From Octopus bimaculoides (taxonomy: Eukaryota): DNA of 64,000 nt. The translations under genes were made by a program, and so were the position numbers. Shown piece after piece: positions 1 to 20,300 of the stretch; position 1 is the stretch's first letter, and each line of letters opens with the position of its first letter. The stretch is taken from the NCBI RefSeq assembly GCF_001194135.2, contig NC_068990.1, forward strand, positions 64,663,869 to 64,727,868, given 5' to 3'. The notes below the pieces were generated by a model, which searched no databases, was not told the DNA's origin, and was given only the letters and a program-made list of their open reading frames with translations.

Positions 1-569
1 TGTTTGTTTTAACAAATTGCTGACAATGTAGCCAGCATGGAATCATTGGGTTAAAAAAAAAGCTCCTTTAATTTCTTATTCAGTCCTCTTTTATGTCCCT
101 TTTTTCTCTTTTCTCATTCTTTCTTAGGTATTTTCTTCTATTTTTGTCATTTTTATCTTTATTCATTATTGATGTAAATTTATATTCATCCTATCTATTT
201 TTGTTTTCTCTATTTTCTTTATCTGAATTTTCCATTTTTTTACTTTTTTTTTCCTTGTTCTTTCTGATTAAGAAATTATTATTATTATATTTCTTACTAC
301 ATATGACATTTATTAACCTACAATAATTTAAGTTAAATATTAATAATTTTAACCATAGCTCCATGGATCCACAATGAGGATTCTGGGTTTACTCTTTCAT
401 TTCTTTCTCTCACACTTAAACAAGCACATACAACTTTTCTGTCATAGGTGACTTTTTAGGAAACAAATTAAAACATGCAACTCTCAGGAAAATGAAAGCA
501 AACTAAAACCATTGTATCTGTTGACAAAATTCTCACATATTATTATTCTTCCATCTCAAACAAAACTAA

Positions 570-9282
<8,713 letters not shown>

Positions 9283-9979
9283 ATTAAGTACAACTGGCAT
9301 TTGAACTTTCGGAATGCAGAGACTGTTGGTTATCATGGCTGTTGGTACAAAAAGGGTGAGGAAGGGGCTGCTAAATATACAAACTTTAAATAAACAAGCT
9401 ACAGCATGGCCAAATCCTGTTCAACCTAATCATGTCATTATTTAACAGATTACACATAAATATATGCACGTACACAAACACACACACACACACACGTATA
9501 TGCACACATACATATATGTTATGTGAGTGGTTGCCATGTGACTTGTAAAAGTTCCAGTTTTGCCGCAACTAACAAACAACCATTTGTCCAAGAATACATT
9601 GCCTGATGAAATAATTCCTGGATGGTTTGTTACTCAGCAGGCATGTGTAATTCTTGGCTGGTATTGTTTGTGGAAGGGGTTTCAGAGAATGCTGGTTGAA
9701 GGGAGATTAACATTGAAAGCAATTCGGATGTTGGTGGTGCTGACAATTACTTCACCTTGTCATCCCTGCTTCAATCATTGCATGTGTGTTTTCGTTTGTT
9801 TTTACATACATATAAATATGCACATGTGCACACGCATAAACACATTGTCTCAAAAGCAAGTGCCTGCATGCCCTCCCACACACACACCTACATACATGGA
9901 AGGCAGATGTTAAACGATGATGAAACGCATCAGAAACATGCAGGCATTCATATATCTAAAGAAACATACACATGCACAA

Positions 9980-9980
<1 letters not shown>

Positions 9981-10068
<88 letters not shown>

Positions 10069-10095
10069 TATATAAATAAATACACACACACACAA
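9981..10095. repeat. (TG)n-(TA)n-(CA)n compound microsatellite in the presumed WDR47 3' UTR
   Basis: Directly visible. Confidence 0.95.
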
Positions 10096-11501
10096 ATACA
10101 TATATACACGTATGTATACAAGCATACATTAATTCAAACAGGTCTGTGTATGTGTTTGCATGCAACCCTCCATACTTCCCATTGCCTTCCTTAGCCAAAC
10201 AGTGTTTACCTTTTCCTGTCTCAGCTTTTCCAGGAATCATCCTGACACATAAATGTATTTCTGTGCTTAGTGTGTCTTCTCGAGGTGTTTTACAAATTTC
10301 CGTGTGTTACACAGCTAGACGCAGGTAGAGGTTTGTTTGTTTGTCAGCCAAACAACAAAAAGAAATCAAAGTAATTTTGAATAAATACAATGTAGTTTTT
10401 TTTTAACTTCAGACAAACTCCCATCTTAACCACTGCAATCCCCACCTCCATACCTCCTTTTTAATTCCTATATTTTTATTAAATTAAAAATTTTTTTTTA
10501 TGTATAAATTTTTCTCCCCCCCACCTTTTGTTCTCCCTGACTCACGCTATGCGTTTTTGGTCGTGTGTATGTGTGTATGCATTAGTGCACACACACGCAC
10601 TTGTGTGTGTACTTATTTGAAACTTGAGATTTGTACTCTGTTGCTGCTCCAAATTTCTCATTACTATCATGTTTCTCAAGCTCACCATCGGGAATATGGC
10701 AAAAATATTGATTTCAGATAAAGAAATAGATTCTACATAATGTATTGAGTACTTTTTCTCTCATTTATACACCTAAATGCATGCACACACACACACAAAC
10801 AAACAAAAACAAAAGTGGTTTGGCATTTCAATATCAAGTAAATCCAATTGAAAAATTACTGTTTTGAGACATTTCCTGTGAATATCATTTATCTCTATTT
10901 ATTATTTTTATTTTTTGTAATTAAATTATTATTCATACGTTTAAGATATTTTTGTTTTCTAAGATTTATTATTATTATTGGGAAGATGCAATGACCAATT
11001 GAGACACAGTATTGCTGGCTCCGGAGTTGTGGGCCAGGTAAGAGTTGTCTCCTTCTCTGGCAGGCCATCTCTACTTGCCTGAAGATTTTGTGTTCATGTA
11101 AGATGTTATCTTTATTATAATAATTATTTTTAATATTATTATAATTATTGTAATTATTATCATCAATGTAATTATTGTAATTATTAATGTTGAATTGTTT
11201 CAGTGATTTCTATAATTGTCCGGTCTTAATATTGAATGATTTTTTTTAAAAAATTTTTTTCTTGAATAAAACTGGCAAAATGAATCAAGATTGTAGCTGA
11301 TTTTTCTCTTTTGTCTTCATATACTGTATGTATATATATTTATATACATGCTTATGGAAGGAGCTGTCAAATACAGTATTCAGCATGAGGACACACCACA
11401 ATTTTAATTGTCCTTTCTTAAACCATAACTCCCTATTAATCTAAGACCTAGCCTTATATTTGTAAGTCATGTTGATTTGGTGGGCACGTATAAACTCCTT
11501 C

Positions 11502-13483
11502 CTATATAACACTAGAAGTTTGCCAGATAACTGAGTCTTCTGGATATCTGTTCATCACTTTTTTCACAACCAGCAAAGCACTCCTCACAGACACAAGTTT
11601 CTGAGATGATTGTGATCTGTAAACAGTTTTGAGTAAGGACTGGAAACAGAAGTATAAACATGCAATGTTTATGTGCACACTGGATTCATAACACAGAAGA
11701 GAAGAATAAAAACGCAATATGCACGTCAAGTTATATGATGGTCTGCATGCTACCTCTGACACTATTATCACACAGCTTTGCTGCAATTTCCTTGTTAAAT
11801 TACCCTAACATCTGACAAAACTCATTAAAACTTTCTCTATATACAGCAGTATCATCATTAATGTTCTGAATTAAGAAATATTTATTGACCTGATAAAATT
11901 CAAGTTCTGTAAATTCAGAAAAATGGCATGCACTGTACTTTGAGAAACAATGATCCATTTTAGCTACAGTAGAAACATTCTTCCTTTTAATGACAATAAA
12001 TTAGTTAACACAAACTAGCATAAATTCTCTTGATCCTAATTAACATATCTTTTTTTTTTTTTTTTTTCTGGGTGCTGATTACTTGAAAGTATTCGATATG
12101 AGGGAATTTACAGTAGATTAATTCAGAGTTTTTGCTTCTACAGTCATTATTTTGTCCTTTTCTCTGTCTGAGGGAAAGGAATATGGTGGTTTTAACTGAA
12201 CGTGTTTATGTTGGGCTTATGGTCAGGAGGAGGCTAGGCACCCATGCCAGTGGCATGTAAAAGGCAGTCTGTGGAGTGGTGGGCATCAGGAAGGGTATCC
12301 AGCCGTGGAAACCAAGCCAAAACAGACTGGAGCCTGTTGCAGTTCTCCATCTTACCAGTTCCAGTCTGTCTAACTCATGCCAGCATGGAAAAGAGATGCT
12401 AAATGATGATGATGATAATATCTATGAATGTATATTTCTTAAAACATTAAACAATGCAATTGTATAGCTTTGTAAAGTTTGTAGCAAAGAAAGCACTGTG
12501 TTTGAAATCTATATTATGTCTGTTGTAAAACTAGTTGCTGAAACTTTCTTTCATGAAATAGATAACAGTGTACTGAGTATGGAAATGTATGGAAATGTCT
12601 ATGAATTTGGTTACTCATCTGAAATATACCAGGAGTGTGTGTTGGTCTTATTTATTTTTATACTTGTAGATGCTTGGGGTTGCATGCATGTGTATTGGCT
12701 GTTATTTAGCTCTGATCGAGCAAACCTATAATCAAAGCTTTTCAGCTATGACCCCCTTGTATCTTTTTGCTTATCTGGATTATATTGTTTAATGTCTTAT
12801 TTCAAGACAGTAGGTTAGGCTTTTAGGGAGATTTGTTTGCCAGTGCTAGTATAACTGAGAAACCCACATAGAAGTTCCTTTATTAGCTTCCATATCTGTG
12901 TTTACATGTTCATGCAGTTAGAGTAAATTAGTTTGTGAGGAAGCTGTGCTGGTGTTTGGCCCTAAATCAGTCTACATTGAACAGACCTACAAGTAACACT
13001 ACATATAACACCTTCTAATTTTTTTTCCTCAATGCCTTCTATTTCTCTGCTATACAAATATACATGTAGGCGTAAGAGTGGTTGTGTGGTAAGTAGCTTG
13101 CTTACCAACCACATGGTTCCGGGTTCAGTCCCACTGCGTGGCACCTTGGGCAAGTGTCTTCTACTATAGCCTCGGGCCGACCAAAGCCTTGTGAGTCGAT
13201 TTGGTAGACAGAAACTGAAAGAAGCGGCGAGCTGGCAGAAACCTTAGCACACCGGGCGAAATGCTTTGCGGTATTTCGTCTGCCGTTACGTTCTGAGTTC
13301 AAATTCCGCCGAGGTCGACTTTGCCTTTCATCCTTTCGGAGTCGATTAAATAAGTACCATTTACGCACTGGGATCGATATAATCGACTTAATCCGTTTGT
13401 CTGTCTTTGTTTGTCCCTTCTGTGTGTAGTCCCTTGTGGGCAGTAAAGAAATAAGAAACTGAAAGAAGCCCATCGTATATATG

Positions 13484-13524
<41 letters not shown>

Positions 13525-13769
13525 ATATGTTTGTGTTTGTCACCCCAACATCGCTTGACAACCGATACTGGTGTGTTTACGTCCGCGTAACCTAGCGGTT
13601 CGGCAAAAGAGACCGATAGAATAAGTACTAGGCTTCCAAAGAATAAGTCCTGGGGTCGATTTGCTCGACTAAAGGCGGTGCTCCAGCATGGCCACAGTCA
13701 AATAACTGAAACAAGTAAAAGAGTATGTATTGCATTTTTATTGGTCATTCTTACACAAGTAGCTGCCAT
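11502..13769 (-). CDS. Speculative 4-exon 97-aa ORF: complement(join(11502..11639,12083..12167,12906..12961,13755..13769))
   Basis: Strong acceptors (ttctgtttccag, ttcctttccctcag, ctttgcttttcag) and GT donors (gtaatc, gtaaac, gtaaga) join in phase. No recognisable homology, and the middle exon's sites are weaker. Confidence 0.3.
13068..13725 (+). mobile_element. tRNA-derived SINE family A (young copy) with a nested family-B SINE
   Basis: Full A-box/B-box head and 3' end; interrupted at about 13225-13455. Confidence 0.9.
13225..13455 (+). mobile_element. tRNA-derived SINE family B (long-tail variant) nested in SINE A
   Basis: Head ggcgagctggcagaa...ctgagttcaaattcc; about 16-bp TSD agaaactgaaagaagc at 13210-13225 and 13454-13469. 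Confidence 0.9.
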
Positions 13770-16700
13770 TTGTGCCTTTTAGTCTACCAGCATAGGAATT
13801 TGCCACACTGAAAAGCAAAGACTAGATTCTCCTCTCCTTTAATGACTTGACTATTAAATAGCAACTAATATAGATTAATGTAGAAAAATTGACCTTCGGA
13901 TTTAGGCTAATCTATACTTTTAATTGTTTAACTCCAGATCAGCTCTTACTATGCAGACCTTTGATCAAAGGGGTTCCTACCATGACCATTTTGGGCATTG
14001 TTTATCAAGGACAACATTATCAACTATAGCTTTCACTTGCCAATGCAACAAGTCAGTAATGATGCAGTGATAACGATCAGTCAGACTGGGGAACGATTTT
14101 GTTGATCACTCATTTGCTAACTCCACAACCTCTCTAATCACTCATTCTCTAACTTCACAACTGCTTCTTGATTAATGAATTACAAGGAGTTTTGAATTTG
14201 AAACATAGTCTTAACCCCTTCATGTCAACCATTCCACCACATTACTATTTCAAGCTGGCAGAATAATTAGAGTATAGGAAAAGTAGCTTGCATTATTTGT
14301 TTATGCTCTTTACATTTTGAGCCCAAATCCTGCTAATGTCAGTGTTGCCTTTCATCCTTCCAAAAGAAAAAAAGCAGCAATTAACCATTTCTCTCCCTCA
14401 AATTTCAAGTGTTATGCCAATGTTAGAACCAACTACATGATCTATGGAAGTGGATAACAGAGAAATGGTTGCTACGTCATAGAATTTAGTTGAGTACTTC
14501 TGTCTTCATAGTCCAATTCTTGCTTAAGTTGATTTTTGCTTTATATCAGTGTATGGGTCATAGCTTTTGGTTCCTTTTTGTTTTCTGTTTCATGTTATTT
14601 CTGACTTCTGATAGTTTTATTAATTTTTCTGATTGTCCCTATCAATATGGGATTAATAAAGTTCTTTTTTGACACCCATGAATCTATTATAAAATTATGA
14701 GGCTCCATTTGCCAATCACGTTGTGTAGTCAAGAGGTCAATATCCAAAGATTTACTGGTTTGCAAGTTTTCCTGATTGTTGCACATTCATTTCTGCGGCT
14801 CTGAGCTACCCACCAAAATGGGAATTTCCATTTTGAGTCATTTTCAAGAGATGACAATTGTTATTTGGCGTAGTTTTATATGCCATATTTCTACATTTCT
14901 GTACTTGCTAAGTTATTCTGGTTCAAAATTTGAAAGAAAAAAAAAAGTTTTCCAGCTTTTTCACTTCGTCCTGTTTTTCACCCGACCTTTTGCACAAGAA
15001 AACATGCTTTTGAATAAGTGAATTCATATGTCCTTTTATGATTTCAGACTTTACTGTAAGATTAGTGAAGGTGGGGATGCTCACCAGCTGTTGTTATTAA
15101 GTAATAGCTGTCAAAACTTGAAATTTTTTTAAATAGTTCCCAAGACATAGATTTTTGCAATTCTAGGTTGGCATTTTTCCTACATTGGTCGAATTAAAAA
15201 AAGAATTGATCGTTAGTGTCTAATGGATTTGAGATGGTGAGGATTAAAGAAACATGCTTTCCAAGATATGGTGTCGAACCTATTTGGAATGATGGGCTCC
15301 TAAAAATAAAAGAAGTTCAATATTTCGAAACAATTAAAATGGTGCTGAAATTTTCAAGAATCATACCTCTTATGAATACTAACAAACGGTATAAATTTGA
15401 AGAAAATCTAAGAACCTTCACGACGGACCCTTATAGAATTTCACTGGAATGCCCCACTCCATATTTTGCAGCATAGACGACATACTTGTTTGTAATAATG
15501 ATAAAATAAATAAATAAAATAGAAACTTGAAAATATGCATCTTCCACGATGTTAGTTGAAAAGTTGCTGCAATGGGTTTTTTTTAAATTTTTTTTTAGGG
15601 TTCACGGAAGTTAGTTCGTTACAAAGACTTTCATTATTTAGCAAATATGCCATAAACATTCTAACTAATAATGTTGATATAAATACGATTACTCAATAAA
15701 TAATAAAATAGTCTTTTAAACTTTGCTACGACTTCACTGTGTTGTATTGTGTACTACGGTAATACCCGGTGGTTTACCCAACGACGAGCATGAACACTGC
15801 TGGTTTGCCTATTCGTTATGGACGGAGTTTTCGTAAGCAAAAAAAAAAAAAAAAAAAAGGGTACGTCTTCCATGATGCGACCCCTACCATGCCGCAAAAT
15901 ACACAATGTAAATCTTTCGTGAATATTCTGGAAATCCTTAGGCGGTCAGGCTAGCTGGCAAAATAATTCGCGACATTTTGTTCGTCTTCACGTTCTGAGT
16001 TCAAATTCCGCTGTGGTTGACTTTCCCTTTCATTTCGTCGGGGTCGATGTAATTGACTTACCCAACTCACCCGATATTGCTGGCCTTGTGCCAAAATTTG
16101 AAAACTTTTTAAAAGGCATCAATTTTCCAAGGGGAGTAATTCATACATCATTGAAAATTAACTTAGAATTATCTCCCTTAGATTTTACTTCGATCAATTG
16201 AATCTGTTGAGACAAACAGGTTGCATTAGGTTATCTAAATGTCTGGGTTCAAACGCGTTTGAATTTACACACGTATGTGTGTGTGTGGGAGCCATAATTT
16301 GGAAGATAGTTATTTCAACTCTGCAGCATTCAGCTTATTCTGTCAAATGTAATGCTCAATTATTCAATCTGTTTTGAGTTAATCGAGTTATCTCGTAACT
16401 GAAATTTTGATATGATTGTTTATTTTTAGAATGACTGTAGCGTCGGTATGAGAGACCAGATCTAGCTATTTTGAACATAAAACGGGTAGAATATTTAGAC
16501 TTGACATGGCCGGTAAACAGCGAGAATTAGAACGAAGACCATTTAATATGCAGTCCTGAATACGAAACACAACGGCGATTTGCATATTCACGTTTGAATA
16601 TGACAATGTAATATGATGTATAACATTGTATTTCTAAAAGAATTTGAGAAATAGTATCCAAACATTTACTGTCAAGAGGTGTCAATGCTAGTAGTAGGGT

Positions 16701-17398
16701 AGAATTTATCCTCAAATAAATTTTAAGTGGGAGTTCAAGTTTGACTTGATGAATTTAGAAAATAAACTGGCACTCTGTCGGTTACGACGACATAAGTTCC
16801 AGTTGATTCGATCAACGGAACAGCCTGCTAATGAAATTAACGTGCAAGTGGCTGGATACTCCACATATATGCATATCCTTAACATTGTTTCCAGGGAGAG
16901 ATAGAATGTGACAAGACAGGTTTGTAGGTGACAGAAAAGAACTATTTTGTCATGGTGGCATAGCCACTTCGTCCAATTAGACCTGGTTGTGGAAAGATAC
17001 ATGTAGCAACTTCCCCACAGCAGTATCCGCGCCTTTTTCAAATAGCTAAAGGAGTTGTAGCATTGACGGTCCTAGTAGCAGCATCACCCTTTCTGATCTG
17101 CAACTATTACAGTGTACACTACCAACGCCTTGCAACTCATTTCATTTATGTTTTCATTCTGAAGCATATAAGGCACCCAAATGAAATGTATTGCAAGTCA
17201 TGCGAATTTCTTCATGTCTATCTGCACCATTTGTTTAGCATTCACACACAAGTTTAAAAAATTATTCTTATTGCTTCTTGCGAGTACTTGTTACCCTTCA
17301 AAAATAAATAGTTGCAGGTTCTTTGAAATACAGGTATTACTCATACTTGCCAGTTGAGTGGATTGGAGCAACGTGAAATGGTGTCTCGCTCAAGGACA

Positions 17399-20300
17399 TT
17401 TAGTGAGTATATATGTCTATTCATTGGTTAGTAATGTGATGATCAGATGTGGGCTGTGTAAATGAAGACTAAACACTCACTAAACATAATGATAACAATT
17501 TTTATTTTGGTGGAGAATCGTGACATGATGTACAAAGGCTGGAGTAATGTTATGGCATTCTGGTACTAGTGATTAAATGTGTGTATTCATTGTTTGATGG
17601 TACCTACTGTGAGAGAGGCATCGCGACATCATGTGCAGGGCGCTGAAATTAAGGAGAGCTAGCACTCCTAGCTGTGAAAAAGAGGAAGTGTCCTGTCAGT
17701 CGGGCTCTTTATATGCCTTTCACGACTTGTGTTTTGCGCATGTGTCGTGGTTGCATGCTGTGTCCCTTCTGGGTTTTTATGTTTAGCCCTGAGACAATCC
17801 AAGCAGGCACGACGGTACGCTACTGATTCCCTTGGCAATCTTGAAGTTATGGCAATGACGAGAGACGAAAGAAAATGTGTAACTACAGTGCAAAACATAC
17901 CAGAAGCCTTTAAGGTATAAAATAATAAACCAAAGGAAATGTAATATGTAACAGTACGATAATAAAAACAGGGTACTTTGATGTGCCTGAGAACCATCTC
18001 CTGGTATATTTCAGATGTGCCTGAGAACCTTCGCTTTCTGGCAAGGCAAGCAGTTCCTGATTCATTCGGTGGTGTCTCCTCATGTTGGGCCAGACGAAAC
18101 GAGTTGCAATTAGCTGCAAAATGGCAGCAACGCCAAGTTGTGAGATGTTATGTTGCGCCGAAAACACTCGGCGTCTGTGATTTTCGGACACAAATGGACG
18201 AGGGCAATTGGTGGAGATGTCACAAAGAATCGCAAAGCTGGAAGGTGTTGAAGGTTAAAGGGAGAGAACTCTGGTTTGTTATTTATGTCTTCTATTCGTG
18301 ATTGATTTTTAGCCATTGGCATCCAAATTGATCTCAGCAGATGAAAATAAGGAGTTGATAGACAAACGAGATAAAGCATCAGCAGCTATATTCTTTTTTT
18401 TCCCAGGGATGTGCTGGATATCTCTGGTAAATTGAGAAATCAAATCCAGGTAACGTATATCTCGGGCTGAGAATTTGTCGGGCTTGCATTTCAAAGCAAA
18501 GGATAGCGGCTTGTGATCAGTGTAGATCGTAAAATTCCTGCCATACAACATGTGCCGAAAATGTTTGACTGCGAGGTAGATGGCGAGCAGTTTATGACTG
18601 AAAGTATTGTAACGAGTCTGGGATGGTTTGAACCGTTTTGAAAAGAACGCAAGAGGTTTCTATTCGGAACCACATTGTTGGTGTAACACAGAACTAACAC
18701 CAAGGTCCGAAGCGTCTACAGATAGCGAGTGCTTTGCGTCAGGAGCCGGATAGGTCAGCATAGAGACGTGTGATAAACTCTGTTTGATATCCTGAGAGTC
18801 TTTGGTCTAGGTGGGAGTGAATAAGACGGGTTCATTTGCTTTCCTTCTATTCCGCAACATATTTGTAAGAGGTGTCAATATTTGTGAACAGTTAGGAATA
18901 AACCGTCGGTAAAAAATTATGACGACTAGAAAATGACGGAATTGACGCAGTGAAGTAGGTACAGGAATCTTTTCGACTGCATCCTCATTCCGTTTTGTCG
19001 ATAGTGTGTCTCAGGAAGGTAAAGGAGGAAGCTCTGAAAACACATTTCGTAACGTTAATCCGGATATTATGCAGTGACAAACGAGCAAATAGCAAAGATG
19101 ACTTTCATGTTCCGCTTCAGACGAACTAGCAATGAGACCGTCGATGTACGCATACACGAAATGGAGATCACGGTTGACTTCGTCTATGAAGCGCTAGAAA
19201 TAGCTCTCTGCATTACGTAATCCGAATGGCATTGTCAATTACTCGAAATCTCTCCAAAGGGAGTGGTTACGACAAATTTTGGAATGTCGGTTGGGTGGAT
19301 GGGTATTTGGTGATATTCACGGACAACATCTAGCTTCGAAGAAGTGGTACTGCTGTGTAGCGAAGCTGTGAAATCCTGAAAGTTTGAAATGGGATACTGG
19401 TCTGGTACTGCGATGGCATTAAGGCGTCTATAGTCTACGCAGGGTCCCCAGTCTGCAGATGACTTCTTCGAGACCATGAATAATGGAGAAGCCCAGCTAC
19501 TGAAAGAAAGACGTACAATTCCGATCTGTAACATGTGCTCGATTTCCGCTTTTGCGGCCTTAAGTTCTCTGCTGACAAATGTATCGGGTGCGAAAAGACA
19601 GGAGGGCCCGTGGTCGAAATGTGGTGTTCTACGGAGTGTAAATTATCCTTTCCATAGGACATGGGTTTCGTTAACTCCGGGACTGCAACAATGCGTGATA
19701 TTTGTTGGAAGCAGTGATGGCAAAGAAAATCGGACTGTCTGGAAAAAAAAAGTCAGCGCCACGTACACTGAGTTACGTCTTACTGTCGATCAGTTGTCTG
19801 TTCTTCAGATCGACCAGCAAGGAAAAATGAGAGAGGAAATCTGCTCTAAGGATCGGGTACGGCTGATCGGCGACTAGAAAAACCCACTGGAAGCATCGTC
19901 TGAGTCGTATATTTAAGGTGACAGAAATTTCGCTATATGTTGTGATAGGTGAATGGTTGACAGCTTGCAAGGTAGTGGCTGGGCTGAAGGAAACGGTTTT
20001 CTATATGTATATGTAAGGGACGACCGTGCGAACTCAAAAAGGAGATATGGTGACGAATGGAAGAAACAGAGGACTCCTTTTATTTAAACGCGTCACACGG
20101 TCGAACACACAAATATATATATCAATGGATGATATATATGATATGTTATACGACGATAACATAGATGACCAGTAATGAAAGACCACAACCGTATTAGATG
20201 AATAACAGAGATATTTATTATGGCGTTAAAGATGTATGTCTGTGTTAGAGTGTGAATGCGACATATAAGGACATTATCAAAGACAGGCCGTCACACAAAG

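Noticed and set aside
15216-15476. 86-aa + strand ORF
   Set aside because: No homology or splice context; the sequence resembles the terminal region of a non-autonomous DNA transposon.
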